IMG/VR virus record: IMGVR_UViG_3300017773_000004
Span: 5,056 to 69,055 of that record
Length of the DNA stretch: 64,000 bases
Origin: a virus
Strand: one strand, 5' to 3'
The notes under the pieces are model-generated. The model was not told the DNA's origin, did not search any database, and was given only the letters and a program-made list of their open reading frames with translations. Shown piece after piece: positions 8,376 to 18,937 of this stretch. Position 1 is the stretch's first letter. Every line of letters starts with the position of its first letter. The position numbers and the translations under genes are program-made.

Positions 8376-10304
8376 ATGGCAGAACAATTATATTTTAGTA
8401 GAGATTCGAAACTATATGCAGGCTTTGATAATAAAGTCTGGGAAGTTCCGATTCTCGACGGCTTTAGTTTTTCTCAGTCTACAAACCAAAGTGAAATTGG
8501 TCTTGCAGAAATGCAGGGAACTGATGGTTTGAGCCGAAGAGGACAACGTGTATTTACCGACTCTCTTGCTCCGGCAGAGTGGTCATTTAGTACTTATGTG
8601 CGTCCCTATCGAACCGCAACAGATAGTGGAGAATCACGAGCTGTAGAAGAAGTCCTCTGGGCGATTATGGCAGGTGCTGATAAGTATCAAGATGGTACAG
8701 ATGCAGCAGGCGGTCTTATACAAGGTAACATTACTATTACTACTGCAGGTACTAGTACAACCGCAGGTACTTATATTGTAACGAATAGCACTACAGGTAT
8801 TGGAGGTACTAAGGGCGTAGGTGCTGTAGGCTGGGAAATTGAGTTAACTGTAGGCGGAAGCGGTATTACTGCAGTAACAGTTATTGATTCAGGTGAAGGC
8901 TTTTCAGTAGGTGATACAATCACTATTCCAACTAGTGTTATCGGCGGTAGCGCAACTGCAACTCTAACGGTAGCCACAGCGGTAACCGGAGCAGTAGGTG
9001 GTATAGCAAGTGTAGCCGCTGCAAATAACACAGGCAGAACAGCAAACAAAACTTACTCAATTAAAAATGGAGATACAGGTGTCACTGTAAAAACAGCAGG
9101 TGGAGCTACCGTAACTGATAGGGTTGGCTGGGAGCTTGACCTTACTGCCGCAGCTAATGGTACAATTACAGCTGTTGTTGCCTCTCCTGGTTCTGGCTTT
9201 GTAGCAAATGATACTATTGAAATCAATAATAATAATGTAGGAGGAAGTGGAGGCGTACTTACTTTCACGGTTACAATTAGTACTATAAGTTCAACTTTCT
9301 ATCGTTTATCTCAGCCCGATTCGGCCTCTCCTTTTGGCCCAACAGTTTCGCGGCCTGTAGGTACGGGAGATTCGGGTAAAACTGTTATTAATTTTGGTCA
9401 ATCAAACCGATCAACTCTTGGAACTTGTGATCTTTACTTTGTAATGGAAACAAGTTCAGCAAACCCAATGGTATATAAGTTGTCAGGTGCAGCATTTAAT
9501 GAAGCATCTATTGACTTTGAAGTAGATGGTATTGCTACTATCAACTGGTCTGGTTTTGCAGCAAATATTACGGATATGCAAAGCTCTGCTACTGCGGGCT
9601 CTTCTGTAACCGTTCAGTCAGGAAAAACTATTTCCGGCAACTCTTCTACAGGTAGTGCTTTCGCCGCAGGCGATGTAGTACTTGATAGCAATGATGGATT
9701 GAAGCTGGGAATTTGTACTGCAAATAATGCTGCAAACTTTGCAATCGATGACGGTGTAGGCTCTACCAAGACCTTTATTCGAAATCGACTAACTCAGCTT
9801 GATATTACTGCAGATACTGCAGATCGTACTGCTTTCCCGGGTGTCGGCGGAAATGGTAAGTATCAGCTTACTCTTACTGGAGGAAATATTACAATTACAA
9901 ATAATATTTCATACTTGGTACCGGAAGAACTTGGTGCTGTAAACGTTCCAATTGAGCACGTAACAGGAACTCGATCAGCTTCTGGAAGCTTTACTTGTTA
10001 CTTGACTCTTGATGATTCAAGCGGTCAAAATGGTACTTCAGTAGAACTATTTAACGATATGACTACAAGTGGTCCAGGTAAAGGTCTCGAAAAAGTTGTA
10101 AATAACTTCGAGACAACTTTCTCAGTAGGCGGTACGGTAGCAAATACTCCACGTCTAAATGTTAAGTTCCCGAAAGTACATATCAACGTTCCTACGCACT
10201 CAATTGAAGATGTAATCTCTCTTGAAACTACGTTTGCTTCTTACACAGATGACTTTAACGTTGCTAATGAGGTACAACTTGAGTACTTTGGTACAGCACT
10301 TTAA
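8376..10304 (+). CDS. major tail tube protein (T5 pb6-like) with internal inserted domains
   Basis: ILDGFSFSQ...SRRG..VF.DSLAPAEWSFSTYVRP, DF.VDGIATINWSG, FIRNRLT, GGNITITNNISYLVPEELG and IEDVIS motifs; strong RBS; terminator follows. Confidence 0.85.
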   Translation: MAEQLYFSRDSKLYAGFDNKVWEVPILDGFSFSQSTNQSEIGLAEMQGTDGLSRRGQRVFTDSLAPAEWSFSTYVRPYRTATDSGESRAVEEVLWAIMAGADKYQDGTDAAGGLIQGNITITTAGTSTTAGTYIVTNSTTGIGGTKGVGAVGWEIELTVGGSGITAVTVIDSGEGFSVGDTITIPTSVIGGSATATLTVATAVTGAVGGIASVAAANNTGRTANKTYSIKNGDTGVTVKTAGGATVTDRVGWELDLTAAANGTITAVVASPGSGFVANDTIEINNNNVGGSGGVLTFTVTISTISSTFYRLSQPDSASPFGPTVSRPVGTGDSGKTVINFGQSNRSTLGTCDLYFVMETSSANPMVYKLSGAAFNEASIDFEVDGIATINWSGFAANITDMQSSATAGSSVTVQSGKTISGNSSTGSAFAAGDVVLDSNDGLKLGICTANNAANFAIDDGVGSTKTFIRNRLTQLDITADTADRTAFPGVGGNGKYQLTLTGGNITITNNISYLVPEELGAVNVPIEHVTGTRSASGSFTCYLTLDDSSGQNGTSVELFNDMTTSGPGKGLEKVVNNFETTFSVGGTVANTPRLNVKFPKVHINVPTHSIEDVISLETTFASYTDDFNVANEVQLEYFGTAL

Positions 10305-10321
10305 TAATTATTTTAAACGAC

Positions 10322-10347
10322 AAACCCGCTTCGGCGGGTTTTTCTTT
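10322..10347 (+). terminator. Rho-independent terminator after the tail tube gene
   Basis: AAACCCGC-TTCG-GCGGGTTT followed by TTCTTT. Confidence 0.92.
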
Positions 10348-10355
10348 ATCACCCA

Positions 10356-10398
10356 CAGAAAAAAATTTCTTGACAAAATAGTTCAACTGAAGTATCAT
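10356..10398 (+). promoter_or_regulatory. sigma70 promoter
   Basis: CAGAAAAAAATTTC, TTGACA (10370-10375), 17-nt spacer, TATCAT (10393-10398); AAGGAG RBS downstream. Confidence 0.85.
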
Positions 10399-10422
10399 AG
10401 GCTGTACCAAGGAGCAAAATAA

Positions 10423-12729
10423 ATGGCAACAGATTTTGAAACCACATTTCTAAGTCAATCCGGAGTCAGCGGAGGGACATATCAAGTTTTGGTTAGAAAT
10501 CTTACTAAAAATACTCAGGTAACTGCAAGCGGTATTCAGGCAGGAGCTGATGATACAAATTTATGGGCAGGAAATTATTCCGTTCTTGAAGCGGCCGTCG
10601 GAGACGAGATAATAGTTACGTTTGAAGGTAGAGACGAAACTAGTGGTGGCAATGATATGCTTTTTTTAAAAGCAGAGTCAGATGAGCCAGTATATGCAAC
10701 AATAGGAGGACTTATAGATGATGCAAATATTTTATATTTAAATAAGTTCGCTTCTGAAAACCCCCAGCCTTCTTCTCCTCTTTCAAATCAATTTTTAACC
10801 CTTTTATATATGTTTGGCATTGATCCTATAGAAAATCACACGGGGTATATTCCTATAGGAGATAATTCCTTGTCGGGGTGGGATACAGAGGAGTACCAAG
10901 CATTAGAACTTCAAAATGCGGATAGTGCAGATCGCTTTCAGTTTGGAATAAAATTTACTATAAATAGCGAAAATTTTAATGCGCTTCATGTAAAAGTATC
11001 AGGAGGTCACCCAAACCCGATTACCGTGCCTGCTAATGCTTCTACAATTATGACGGTAAAAATACCGATAAATGTTGAAACAGTACTTTCAAACCCAACA
11101 GATCCAGTCCCCCCAACAGAGCCTACCTTTCCTACGAGTTTAATAAATACTACTGATATATTCCCTGGACGAATATGGGCAAAACTTAAAAATGCAACAA
11201 AAGGAAGACAAGTAATATCTTCCGCTTTAGGATACGTTGCTCAAGGAGGACGAAATGTTTTTCCAATTTTAGATGCAGAAGTAGGAGATGAGTTAGTACT
11301 TACTGTACAAGTAAATGATAGTCTAACTTTAAGTGGAGGGGAGGATGAAGTTTATCTTATATCTTCTCTTAGTAATACAATTAATTCAGCAACTGTAGGA
11401 GGATTACTACAACCTGATGATCCAACTATAGTATTTCGAAATCCTACAACTGGAACTGTTCCGTTTCCTACTCTGACGCCCCCGAATCCAACAACAAATA
11501 ATTCTGTAACATTTCCTTCAGTTACAATTGAGACAGAATATAGGGATCCTGAGGACATAATTGATTTAAATTATATAGATCATAATTCAACTAATCGCGT
11601 ACTTACAGTACAAAATGCAGATAGAGGAGAACGGTGGCAGGCATCTTTTAAATTCACAGTACCAAATGGATTAAGTGGAAAACATGCAATTGGTCTCGGA
11701 ACAAAAGAAGGACTGAATACTCCTAATTTTGGCCCTACACTACCCTTCGCAACTGACCTTAGATTTCCTATAAATATTGTACTCAACGCTACCGGCGGAG
11801 GAAGTAATCCTCCACTTAGTGAAGGACCCGCAACAGACATTAACTATATGCGGGAAACAAAACTATTTTTATATCAAGATGGCTCAAACTATGAGATAAA
11901 GTTAGATGGAGATTTTGATTTTAGTCAAACATTTTCAGAAAAATCAACTTCTTCAAATACTCTACATAATACTCAACATTTTGAGTCGTCCTCCATTGTA
12001 AAAGCAAATCCGGCAGATTTTGAGTTTAGAGCTAATTTATTATTACAAAATGATGCTCAAATATTATTTGATAACTTAATAAACCCAAGATTTTGTGATT
12101 TATATTTTCAAACTAGTCATGCGACTTTTAAAATTGACAGAGCGATATTTACAAATGGAAACTTTGAGATAGGACGAAATTCTATTTTAAAGTTAGGTGT
12201 TTCAGGACAAGGCGCACTATTACAGAGAGTAGGTGACGAGAGTTACGCAATCCCTGGGGTAGACGTCATTCCTAGCACAGTAAGAACTCCGTTTATTCCA
12301 GGAATTAAAATAATTCTCAATGGCAGGGATATTAGTTTACTTATAGCAGATGTTCAAGCAGAGATACAGAATGATATAAAATGGGTTCCTTATGAAACAA
12401 TGAATCAAGCACTAAAAGTTGTAGATAAAGGAAATGCAATGTATCCTTCTAATTTTGTTTTAAATAAAAGAATTTTTGCAGGATCAATTACAAAGTATGT
12501 TGCAACAGGAGATGAATCAACATTAATAAACTTTGATAAAGAAGCACCCTTAAGAATAAAAGTAGGCAAAACAATATCCAATATATTTTACGGACTTGAC
12601 TTCAATATGGCGTCTTGTTCTTTCACAAATCGAGTTAACCCAAAAGAAATTTATACACAAAACTTTGATTGGAGACTCACAAGCAACGCCGAATTAAACG
12701 GCATTTTAAAATATTTTACTCTCACATAA
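10423..12729 (+). CDS. baseplate tube / minor tail protein (T5 p140-like C-terminal 300 aa) with duplicated N-terminal domains
   Basis: C-terminal region FSQTFSE...TLH...KANPADFEF...EIQNDIKW...CSFTNR is tube-like; synteny after the tail tube gene. Confidence 0.65.
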   Translation: MATDFETTFLSQSGVSGGTYQVLVRNLTKNTQVTASGIQAGADDTNLWAGNYSVLEAAVGDEIIVTFEGRDETSGGNDMLFLKAESDEPVYATIGGLIDDANILYLNKFASENPQPSSPLSNQFLTLLYMFGIDPIENHTGYIPIGDNSLSGWDTEEYQALELQNADSADRFQFGIKFTINSENFNALHVKVSGGHPNPITVPANASTIMTVKIPINVETVLSNPTDPVPPTEPTFPTSLINTTDIFPGRIWAKLKNATKGRQVISSALGYVAQGGRNVFPILDAEVGDELVLTVQVNDSLTLSGGEDEVYLISSLSNTINSATVGGLLQPDDPTIVFRNPTTGTVPFPTLTPPNPTTNNSVTFPSVTIETEYRDPEDIIDLNYIDHNSTNRVLTVQNADRGERWQASFKFTVPNGLSGKHAIGLGTKEGLNTPNFGPTLPFATDLRFPINIVLNATGGGSNPPLSEGPATDINYMRETKLFLYQDGSNYEIKLDGDFDFSQTFSEKSTSSNTLHNTQHFESSSIVKANPADFEFRANLLLQNDAQILFDNLINPRFCDLYFQTSHATFKIDRAIFTNGNFEIGRNSILKLGVSGQGALLQRVGDESYAIPGVDVIPSTVRTPFIPGIKIILNGRDISLLIADVQAEIQNDIKWVPYETMNQALKVVDKGNAMYPSNFVLNKRIFAGSITKYVATGDESTLINFDKEAPLRIKVGKTISNIFYGLDFNMASCSFTNRVNPKEIYTQNFDWRLTSNAELNGILKYFTLT

Positions 12730-12743
12730 GGAGCATTGTAGTA

Positions 12744-13187
12744 ATGGAATTAAAAAAACTAGTAGTCAACGTAAAAGAAGTTTGGGTAGACTTTCCCGGG
12801 TTATCTGGGTTCAAAGTAAAAGTAGCAAATCTTTCTCGAAAAGAGCTTCTTGGACTTCGAAAGCGTTGTACTGTACAAAAATTTGATCGTAAAACTCGAC
12901 AGTTAAACGAAGAACTTGATGATGAAAAGTTTGTTGTAGAGTTTACAGGAGCAGTAGTAAAAGGGTGGGAAGGTCTTACTCTTGAACATTTAGAAACTCT
13001 TCTTCTAATTGATACAGAGGATAAGGATATGAGTGAAGAGCTCCCTTACAGTATTGATAACGCAGAAGTACTTGTCTCTTCTTCAACTGAATTTGATACT
13101 TGGCTCAACGAGGTAGTCTTTGATTTAGATAATTTTCGTAGCCAACGAGAAAGAGGAGAGTCTCCAGCGCCTGGAGAGGATGTATAA
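12744..13187 (+). CDS. tail assembly chaperone (gpG-like, T5 p139 position)
   Basis: AAGGAG RBS at 12728-12733, ATG 12744; WVDFPG..GF.V, VKGWEGLT and LDNFR motifs; upstream of the tape measure gene. Confidence 0.8.
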   Translation: MELKKLVVNVKEVWVDFPGLSGFKVKVANLSRKELLGLRKRCTVQKFDRKTRQLNEELDDEKFVVEFTGAVVKGWEGLTLEHLETLLLIDTEDKDMSEELPYSIDNAEVLVSSSTEFDTWLNEVVFDLDNFRSQRERGESPAPGEDV

Positions 13188-13554
13188 AAACTTAGACGCA
13201 AAAATGACGCGAGAGCGTTATTTACAAATGTGTGAACAGTTACAAAAAGAACCAAATCCGGATGAAATACCTCCAGACTTTGAAGATTTTCCTCCCGAAA
13301 TGCAGCAAGCAATTTCTGTATTTAATTCTTTAGGCGATAGAGCATATCCCGACATAGGATACATAGGAAAAGATTACACAAATTTACCTATTCTTATAGA
13401 CGTTTTTGGAATTAATGATACAGAATACTTAATAGAAGTATTGCACTTTTTAGATGGACGAGCGATTGAAAAGTCCGCAGAAACTTTGAAGCGAGAGCGA
13501 GATAAGTTAAAGAGATCAACAAGTGGCAGCCAACGAAGTAGTCGTAAAGTTTAA
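13180..13554 (+). CDS. tail assembly chaperone second ORF (gpT-like, T5 p138 position), probably expressed by frameshift
   Basis: MTRERYLQMCEQL..EP...EIPPDFEDFP...YIGKDY; overlaps the preceding ORF, and its frame is open back to about 13129. Confidence 0.75.
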   Translation: MYKNLDAKMTRERYLQMCEQLQKEPNPDEIPPDFEDFPPEMQQAISVFNSLGDRAYPDIGYIGKDYTNLPILIDVFGINDTEYLIEVLHFLDGRAIEKSAETLKRERDKLKRSTSGSQRSSRKV

Positions 13555-16500
13555 ATTAGATGCCGATGGTAATCTAAAAGCACTTGCAGCCGATGCTGAT
13601 AAAGCCGCTGCTTCTACAGATAATCTTTCTAAATCTGCCAGAAGTCAAGATCGAGCACTAAAAGGTGCTGCCCAAGCATCTTCCAATAGTACGAAAAACT
13701 TTGCAAAAATGTCACAGGGCATCAGTGGAGGCCTTGTGCCTGCGTATGCCGCACTGGCAGCAAATATCTTTGCAATTACTGCACTTTTCAATGCTTTACG
13801 AGGAGCTGCAAGAGTAGAGCAACTTACAAAAGGTTTGAGTGAGATGGGTGCTGCTAGCGGACTCGCTTTAGGCACTCTTTCTCGTGGTTTACAAGAATCA
13901 ACAGGATTTGCACTAAGTCTTGAAGAAGCTATGAGATCTACTGCACTTATAACAAGTGCCGGTCTAGATGCAAGTAGTGTTGAAGAGTTTGGTAAAGCTG
14001 CAAAAAATGCATCTCTCGCACTTGGTAGAGATACTGCAGAATCATTAGAACGATTTACTCGTGGTGTTACAAAGCTTGAGCCTGAACTTCTTGATGAATT
14101 AGGCTTATTTGTTCGCGTCGATGATGCAGCAGAAAAGTATGCACGTTCAATAGGAAAGAGTGCAGGAGAGCTTACAAACTTTGAAAAACGCCAAGCATTT
14201 GCAAACGAAGCCCTTGATCAAGCAAATGAAAAGTATGGAGCATTAGGAGATCTTGATGTTAGCTCTTTTGATAAACTTGCTGCTACCTTTAATGATTTAT
14301 CTAAACAACTTCTTAGTATACTTAATATTGCTATTGTTCCTTTTGTATCTGCACTCGCAACTAATTCAGGACTATTATTAGCGGCACTCACAGGCCTTGG
14401 AGCTACTATATCAGGTCAGATACTAGGAGGCATAAAAGAATATGGTGCGGCTGCAGCACAGGCGGCTGAAGATACAAAACAAATGAACAAAGCAACAGTT
14501 GATGGACTGTCAGAAATTGGTAGTGCTAGGCCCAATGTGCAACAGCTGGGTACGGATATGCTAAAAGGTACCGCTAGTGCTAAGCAATTTCAAGACGCAA
14601 TTTTTAAGCAACGTAGCGCTCTTGGAGGACTTACAGCAGCGCTAAATAGGAACAAAGACAAAACAGAGGAGTACACTCAAAGAATTAAAGCGGCTAGAGC
14701 TGCTCAAGAAGCAATACGAAAGAGCGCAATAGACTACGGAAGAGCCCAACAACAAGCAGCTACTGCGGATGCAATTGCCGCAGTGGCTAATGGCGACTTT
14801 AAAGACGGTCTATCAAAAACCAAAGATATGGTAGCTGCTTATAAACTAAATGTTTCTATGGCTACATTTCAAACAAGTAGACTTAGTAAAGCTCTGCATA
14901 TTACTAGAGCTTCTGCACTACTTGCTGCTGGGGCATTTCGTATTGCAGGCGCAGCGGTTACTGCACTTCTAGGCCCGATTTCAGCAATAATTGCAGTAGT
15001 AAGTCTTTTAATTGAAGGCTTTAAATTTGTTATTGGGCTTTTTCAGTCTAAAGCATACAAAGAGTATAAAGATACGCTGGAGTCAGCTCGCGAAACAACA
15101 GAGGAGTTAGGTAAATCTTTACGCGAGGTAGACTCTGCTTTAGAAGGAACTTCAAAAAAGATTACTACAGTAACTGCAAGAACAATTGCCTATGGTAATG
15201 CTTTAGGAGGAATACTAGAGGAAGTTGAGAAACTCAAAGCAACAGGGTATGATGATAACGTAGAAGGTCAAATTGAGTTATTTAGACAAGCCGCTGAAGA
15301 GAGCGATCTTTTTGCTGCCGCTTTAAAAGAGGCGGGAATACAAAAAATTAATAAAGACACTATAGCAAGAGTAATTGATATTGCACAAGCGGCAGAAAGA
15401 GCATCAAAACAAACACAAGCACTTGCAGAATCTGCAAAAGCAGCCTCTACTGCTACTCAGGATTTTGTGAACTCATTTATTAAAACTACTCCTGTTGATG
15501 CAATGGCAGATAGTTTAAGTGACTTAGCAAAAGCTGCATCATCTGCTACTGAAGTAGGAGAGTTAGAAAAAATTCTCGATGAAAAAGCTGTTCAAGGATC
15601 AACTCTTCGAAGTCTTATAGATAGCCAAGAAGGTTCTAGTTTAGAGGAAAGAATTCAAGGAATAAATAAATTAATTTCAAAACAGCAAGAGTCTTTAAGA
15701 AGCGCGCAAGATCGAATTACTACAGCAAAAGAAGAATTAGATATTATAAAAAGTCTTAATTTTACAACCCAAGAGGGTATTGCTCTAACAGTAGATGCAG
15801 AAAATAATCTTACACGCCAAAAGCAAGAACAGCTACGTACACAAATTCAAGTTAATAAAGCAATGCTTAACGCAAACACTAGTTCTAAAGATCGAGCAGC
15901 AATACTTGCAGGAATACAAACTCTAGAAACACAACTACTTCAACTAGAAACTAAAATAATAAGTGAAGAAGATAGAAGAGTTCGTGTTTTAGAGGCACGA
16001 ATGCAAAAAGAAAAACTGCTGGCACAGGCAAAAACAGGAGCAGCAGAAGCAACGAAAAGAGAAATAGAAAACGAAAGAGCTCTTGCATCTCTTGCAGTGA
16101 AAACAGCTCGTGCACGTGCAGGAAGTGGTTTAGACATTACAGATGAAATTGCCCTTCTAGAACAAAGAGAGACTGACTTAGTTGCAGCTGAAAAAGCAAT
16201 TGCTGACGAAAAAATCAGAATTATAGACTTAGAGTTTGCACTACTCGAAGCACAAACAAAAGCAGCAAATGCAAGATTAGCAGAAACGGCTAGGCAAAAG
16301 TTTGTACCTGATACTGCAACTGACGAACTAGGCACAAGCACTCCTCAATTTACCGCAGAAGCACTTGCAGCACAGCAACAAATATCTTTAAATAACGAAA
16401 TTCTAGGCATTCAAGAACGTATTAAAGATAGTCAGACAGAAGGTGTAAATACTGAGCAGGAGCATAATGCAGCTCTCAGAGCTGGAAACATAGAATTGAA

Positions 16501-18280
16501 GAAAGCACAAGAAGCTCGACAAAAGCAAGAGGAAACTATAGCAACTATATCGGCCGGTTTTCAGCTACAACTGGCTCTTGGCACTGAATTAGTTGGTCTT
16601 AGTGCTGAAAAACTAGATTTAGAACTTAAAATTGCAGATCAAACACAACGTTTGGCGAGTGGTGAATTAAGTGCCGCTGACTCTGCAAAAGTAAGGCTAG
16701 ACTTACAAAATAATATGATTGCAAAGCGAGAAGCGGAGCTAGACTTGATGGAAGCCCAATTTGAAGAGGCTACCAGATTATTAAATGCCTCGCTAGATTC
16801 AGGAAAACAACTTTCTCAAATAAATAAAGAAATTGCAGACTTACAAAATACGGATATGTTTGGTAATACACGAAGCATTACAGAGGCTGTTCGTGCTGCC
16901 CAAACAGAAAGGCGAGAGAGATTAGCATTAGCAGAAACAGAAAAAGATTTAAAAATTGCTACACTTAACAATGAATTAGCTGTATTACAAACAAGAAGAG
17001 ACTTACTAGAGGTAGAAATGGCCGCAAGAGGGCCTATGACCGAGCAACAAGCAAATGCACTTGCTGTATTTGATGCTCAAATAGAAACTGCTCATCAAGT
17101 TGCTCAACTAGAGATTAACGTTATAAATCAGCAGTATGCGTTAATGAAAGCAAAAGTTGCTAATGAAGAAACCTTGGCAATAATGCAAAAAGCAAGAGAA
17201 GGAGCCGGGGAAAGCAACTTTGGAGGAGGACTCCTTGCGGGTGCCACAATGGCTACAGATCTTTTCAATCCAGATAATCCCGAGAAATTAGAAGCATTAA
17301 AAGCAAAATTTGGAGAGCTTGGAGGAGTAATTGAAGGTGGCAAAATGCTTCTTGCTGGTTTCTCCGCAGACTTAAAGAATCTGGGGCCAGAAGGCGAAGC
17401 AATGGCTGCAATGGTTGATGGCACCGTATTGTTAATGGATAATTTCCAAGCGCTGGGAGAGTCAGGAGCTAGCACTTCAGCAAAATTAGAAGCAGTTGCA
17501 GGAGTAATTCAATCAATTGGACAAATTCAAGCAGCCTCTTCTGCAGCAAAAATTGCTGGAATCGATAAAGAAATTGCAGCTGAGAAGAAAAGAGATGGAA
17601 AGTCTCGAGAAAGTGTTGCAAAACTCAAACAGCTTGAAAAGAAGAAAGAACAACAGCAGCGAAAAGCATTTGAACAAAATAAGAAAATGCAAATGGCAAG
17701 CACAATTATTAATACCGCGGGCGCAGCAATGAGAGCTGTTGCAGAACTAGGGCCTATCGCTGGTATTATAATGGCAGGTATAATTACTGCAATAGGTGCC
17801 GCACAACTTGCAATAATTGCTTCTACCAACTTCCAAGGAGGAGGAAGTATAGGAGGAGACAGTGGTCCTACATCTGTTAGTGTAGGACAAAGAAAAACTT
17901 CTGTGGATATGGCTAAGTCTGCGGGAGGCTCAGGAGAACTCTCGTACTTCCGAGGAGCAAGAGGGGTAGGAGGTCCAGAAGACTTTACTCCCGCATTCTC
18001 AGGATATAGAAATCGTGCAGAAGGGGGAAATACCGCATTTATGGTTGGAGAACAAGGGCCAGAAATGTTTGTCCCAGATAGGGCAGGTACAATTATTCCA
18101 AATGATGATATTGTAGCTCCGACTGCTGTAAATGCAACATTTAATATCTCAGCTGTAGATGCAACAGGCGTGGAAGATCTACTTACAAATCAACGTGGTA
18201 ATATTATTGATATGATTCGTGAAGCAGCAAATGCAAACGGAGAAGAGTTCCTAGAAAACATAAGAACCTCGGAGTTATAA
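13523..18280 (+). CDS. tape measure protein (T5 pb2-like)
   Basis: 1585 aa, Ala/Glu/Lys-rich helical with hydrophobic segments; GLVPAYA.LAANIFA, KLEPELLDELG and C-terminal MVGEQGPEMFVP motifs. Confidence 0.92.
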   Translation: MAANEVVVKFKLDADGNLKALAADADKAAASTDNLSKSARSQDRALKGAAQASSNSTKNFAKMSQGISGGLVPAYAALAANIFAITALFNALRGAARVEQLTKGLSEMGAASGLALGTLSRGLQESTGFALSLEEAMRSTALITSAGLDASSVEEFGKAAKNASLALGRDTAESLERFTRGVTKLEPELLDELGLFVRVDDAAEKYARSIGKSAGELTNFEKRQAFANEALDQANEKYGALGDLDVSSFDKLAATFNDLSKQLLSILNIAIVPFVSALATNSGLLLAALTGLGATISGQILGGIKEYGAAAAQAAEDTKQMNKATVDGLSEIGSARPNVQQLGTDMLKGTASAKQFQDAIFKQRSALGGLTAALNRNKDKTEEYTQRIKAARAAQEAIRKSAIDYGRAQQQAATADAIAAVANGDFKDGLSKTKDMVAAYKLNVSMATFQTSRLSKALHITRASALLAAGAFRIAGAAVTALLGPISAIIAVVSLLIEGFKFVIGLFQSKAYKEYKDTLESARETTEELGKSLREVDSALEGTSKKITTVTARTIAYGNALGGILEEVEKLKATGYDDNVEGQIELFRQAAEESDLFAAALKEAGIQKINKDTIARVIDIAQAAERASKQTQALAESAKAASTATQDFVNSFIKTTPVDAMADSLSDLAKAASSATEVGELEKILDEKAVQGSTLRSLIDSQEGSSLEERIQGINKLISKQQESLRSAQDRITTAKEELDIIKSLNFTTQEGIALTVDAENNLTRQKQEQLRTQIQVNKAMLNANTSSKDRAAILAGIQTLETQLLQLETKIISEEDRRVRVLEARMQKEKLLAQAKTGAAEATKREIENERALASLAVKTARARAGSGLDITDEIALLEQRETDLVAAEKAIADEKIRIIDLEFALLEAQTKAANARLAETARQKFVPDTATDELGTSTPQFTAEALAAQQQISLNNEILGIQERIKDSQTEGVNTEQEHNAALRAGNIELKKAQEARQKQEETIATISAGFQLQLALGTELVGLSAEKLDLELKIADQTQRLASGELSAADSAKVRLDLQNNMIAKREAELDLMEAQFEEATRLLNASLDSGKQLSQINKEIADLQNTDMFGNTRSITEAVRAAQTERRERLALAETEKDLKIATLNNELAVLQTRRDLLEVEMAARGPMTEQQANALAVFDAQIETAHQVAQLEINVINQQYALMKAKVANEETLAIMQKAREGAGESNFGGGLLAGATMATDLFNPDNPEKLEALKAKFGELGGVIEGGKMLLAGFSADLKNLGPEGEAMAAMVDGTVLLMDNFQALGESGASTSAKLEAVAGVIQSIGQIQAASSAAKIAGIDKEIAAEKKRDGKSRESVAKLKQLEKKKEQQQRKAFEQNKKMQMASTIINTAGAAMRAVAELGPIAGIIMAGIITAIGAAQLAIIASTNFQGGGSIGGDSGPTSVSVGQRKTSVDMAKSAGGSGELSYFRGARGVGGPEDFTPAFSGYRNRAEGGNTAFMVGEQGPEMFVPDRAGTIIPNDDIVAPTAVNATFNISAVDATGVEDLLTNQRGNIIDMIREAANANGEEFLENIRTSEL

Positions 18281-18937
18281 ATGACAGCTCAAACTACTTT
18301 ACCTGATCCAAATAACCGTATTAGTATTGCTGGTAATGATGACAGTGGTTCTTACGGTCCTGGATTTTCATCTGTAACTTTAAAATCAAATCAGCCTGTT
18401 GTTTCAAATAAATCAAATTCTGGTCTTTCTTTTCGTTCCATTGTAAAGTATCATCAGTGGGAATTGGATATTAAGTATAATGATCTTACAAAATCTGATT
18501 TTAATATAGTATACCCTTTTCTACTAGAAAGGCAACAAAGTCAAGAAGCCTTTTTTGTAGAGCTTCCTCAATATGGAAATGCTGTTGCAGCTACTCAAAT
18601 AATAAATACTACAGCTAGTACAAGCCCTGGAAGAGAATTTTTAAACTTAACGGGTACTAATGTAGATGATATTAATATGGGCGATATGTTTCATTTAATT
18701 AATAATGACGACAGTCTACACTTAAAAGCGTATAAAGTTACAAAAATTGATGCAACAAATAATAGAATTTTCTTTTCTCCCGGGTTACAGCGAAAAATCA
18801 CTGCAAATGATACTGCAAGAATTCTTATGACTCGTCCACGCCTTCGTGTACGAGTTAAAGGAGCTATGCTCACTTACTCAGTAAAAGCAAATGGACTGTA
18901 TACTTTTTCAGTCAATGTAGAAGAGGCTTTGGCATAA
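18281..18937 (+). CDS. distal tail protein (Dit, T5 pb9-like)
   Basis: LPDP...GPGFSSV.L.SN...WELDIKYNDLT; 218 aa directly after the tape measure gene. Confidence 0.75.
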   Translation: MTAQTTLPDPNNRISIAGNDDSGSYGPGFSSVTLKSNQPVVSNKSNSGLSFRSIVKYHQWELDIKYNDLTKSDFNIVYPFLLERQQSQEAFFVELPQYGNAVAATQIINTTASTSPGREFLNLTGTNVDDINMGDMFHLINNDDSLHLKAYKVTKIDATNNRIFFSPGLQRKITANDTARILMTRPRLRVRVKGAMLTYSVKANGLYTFSVNVEEALA

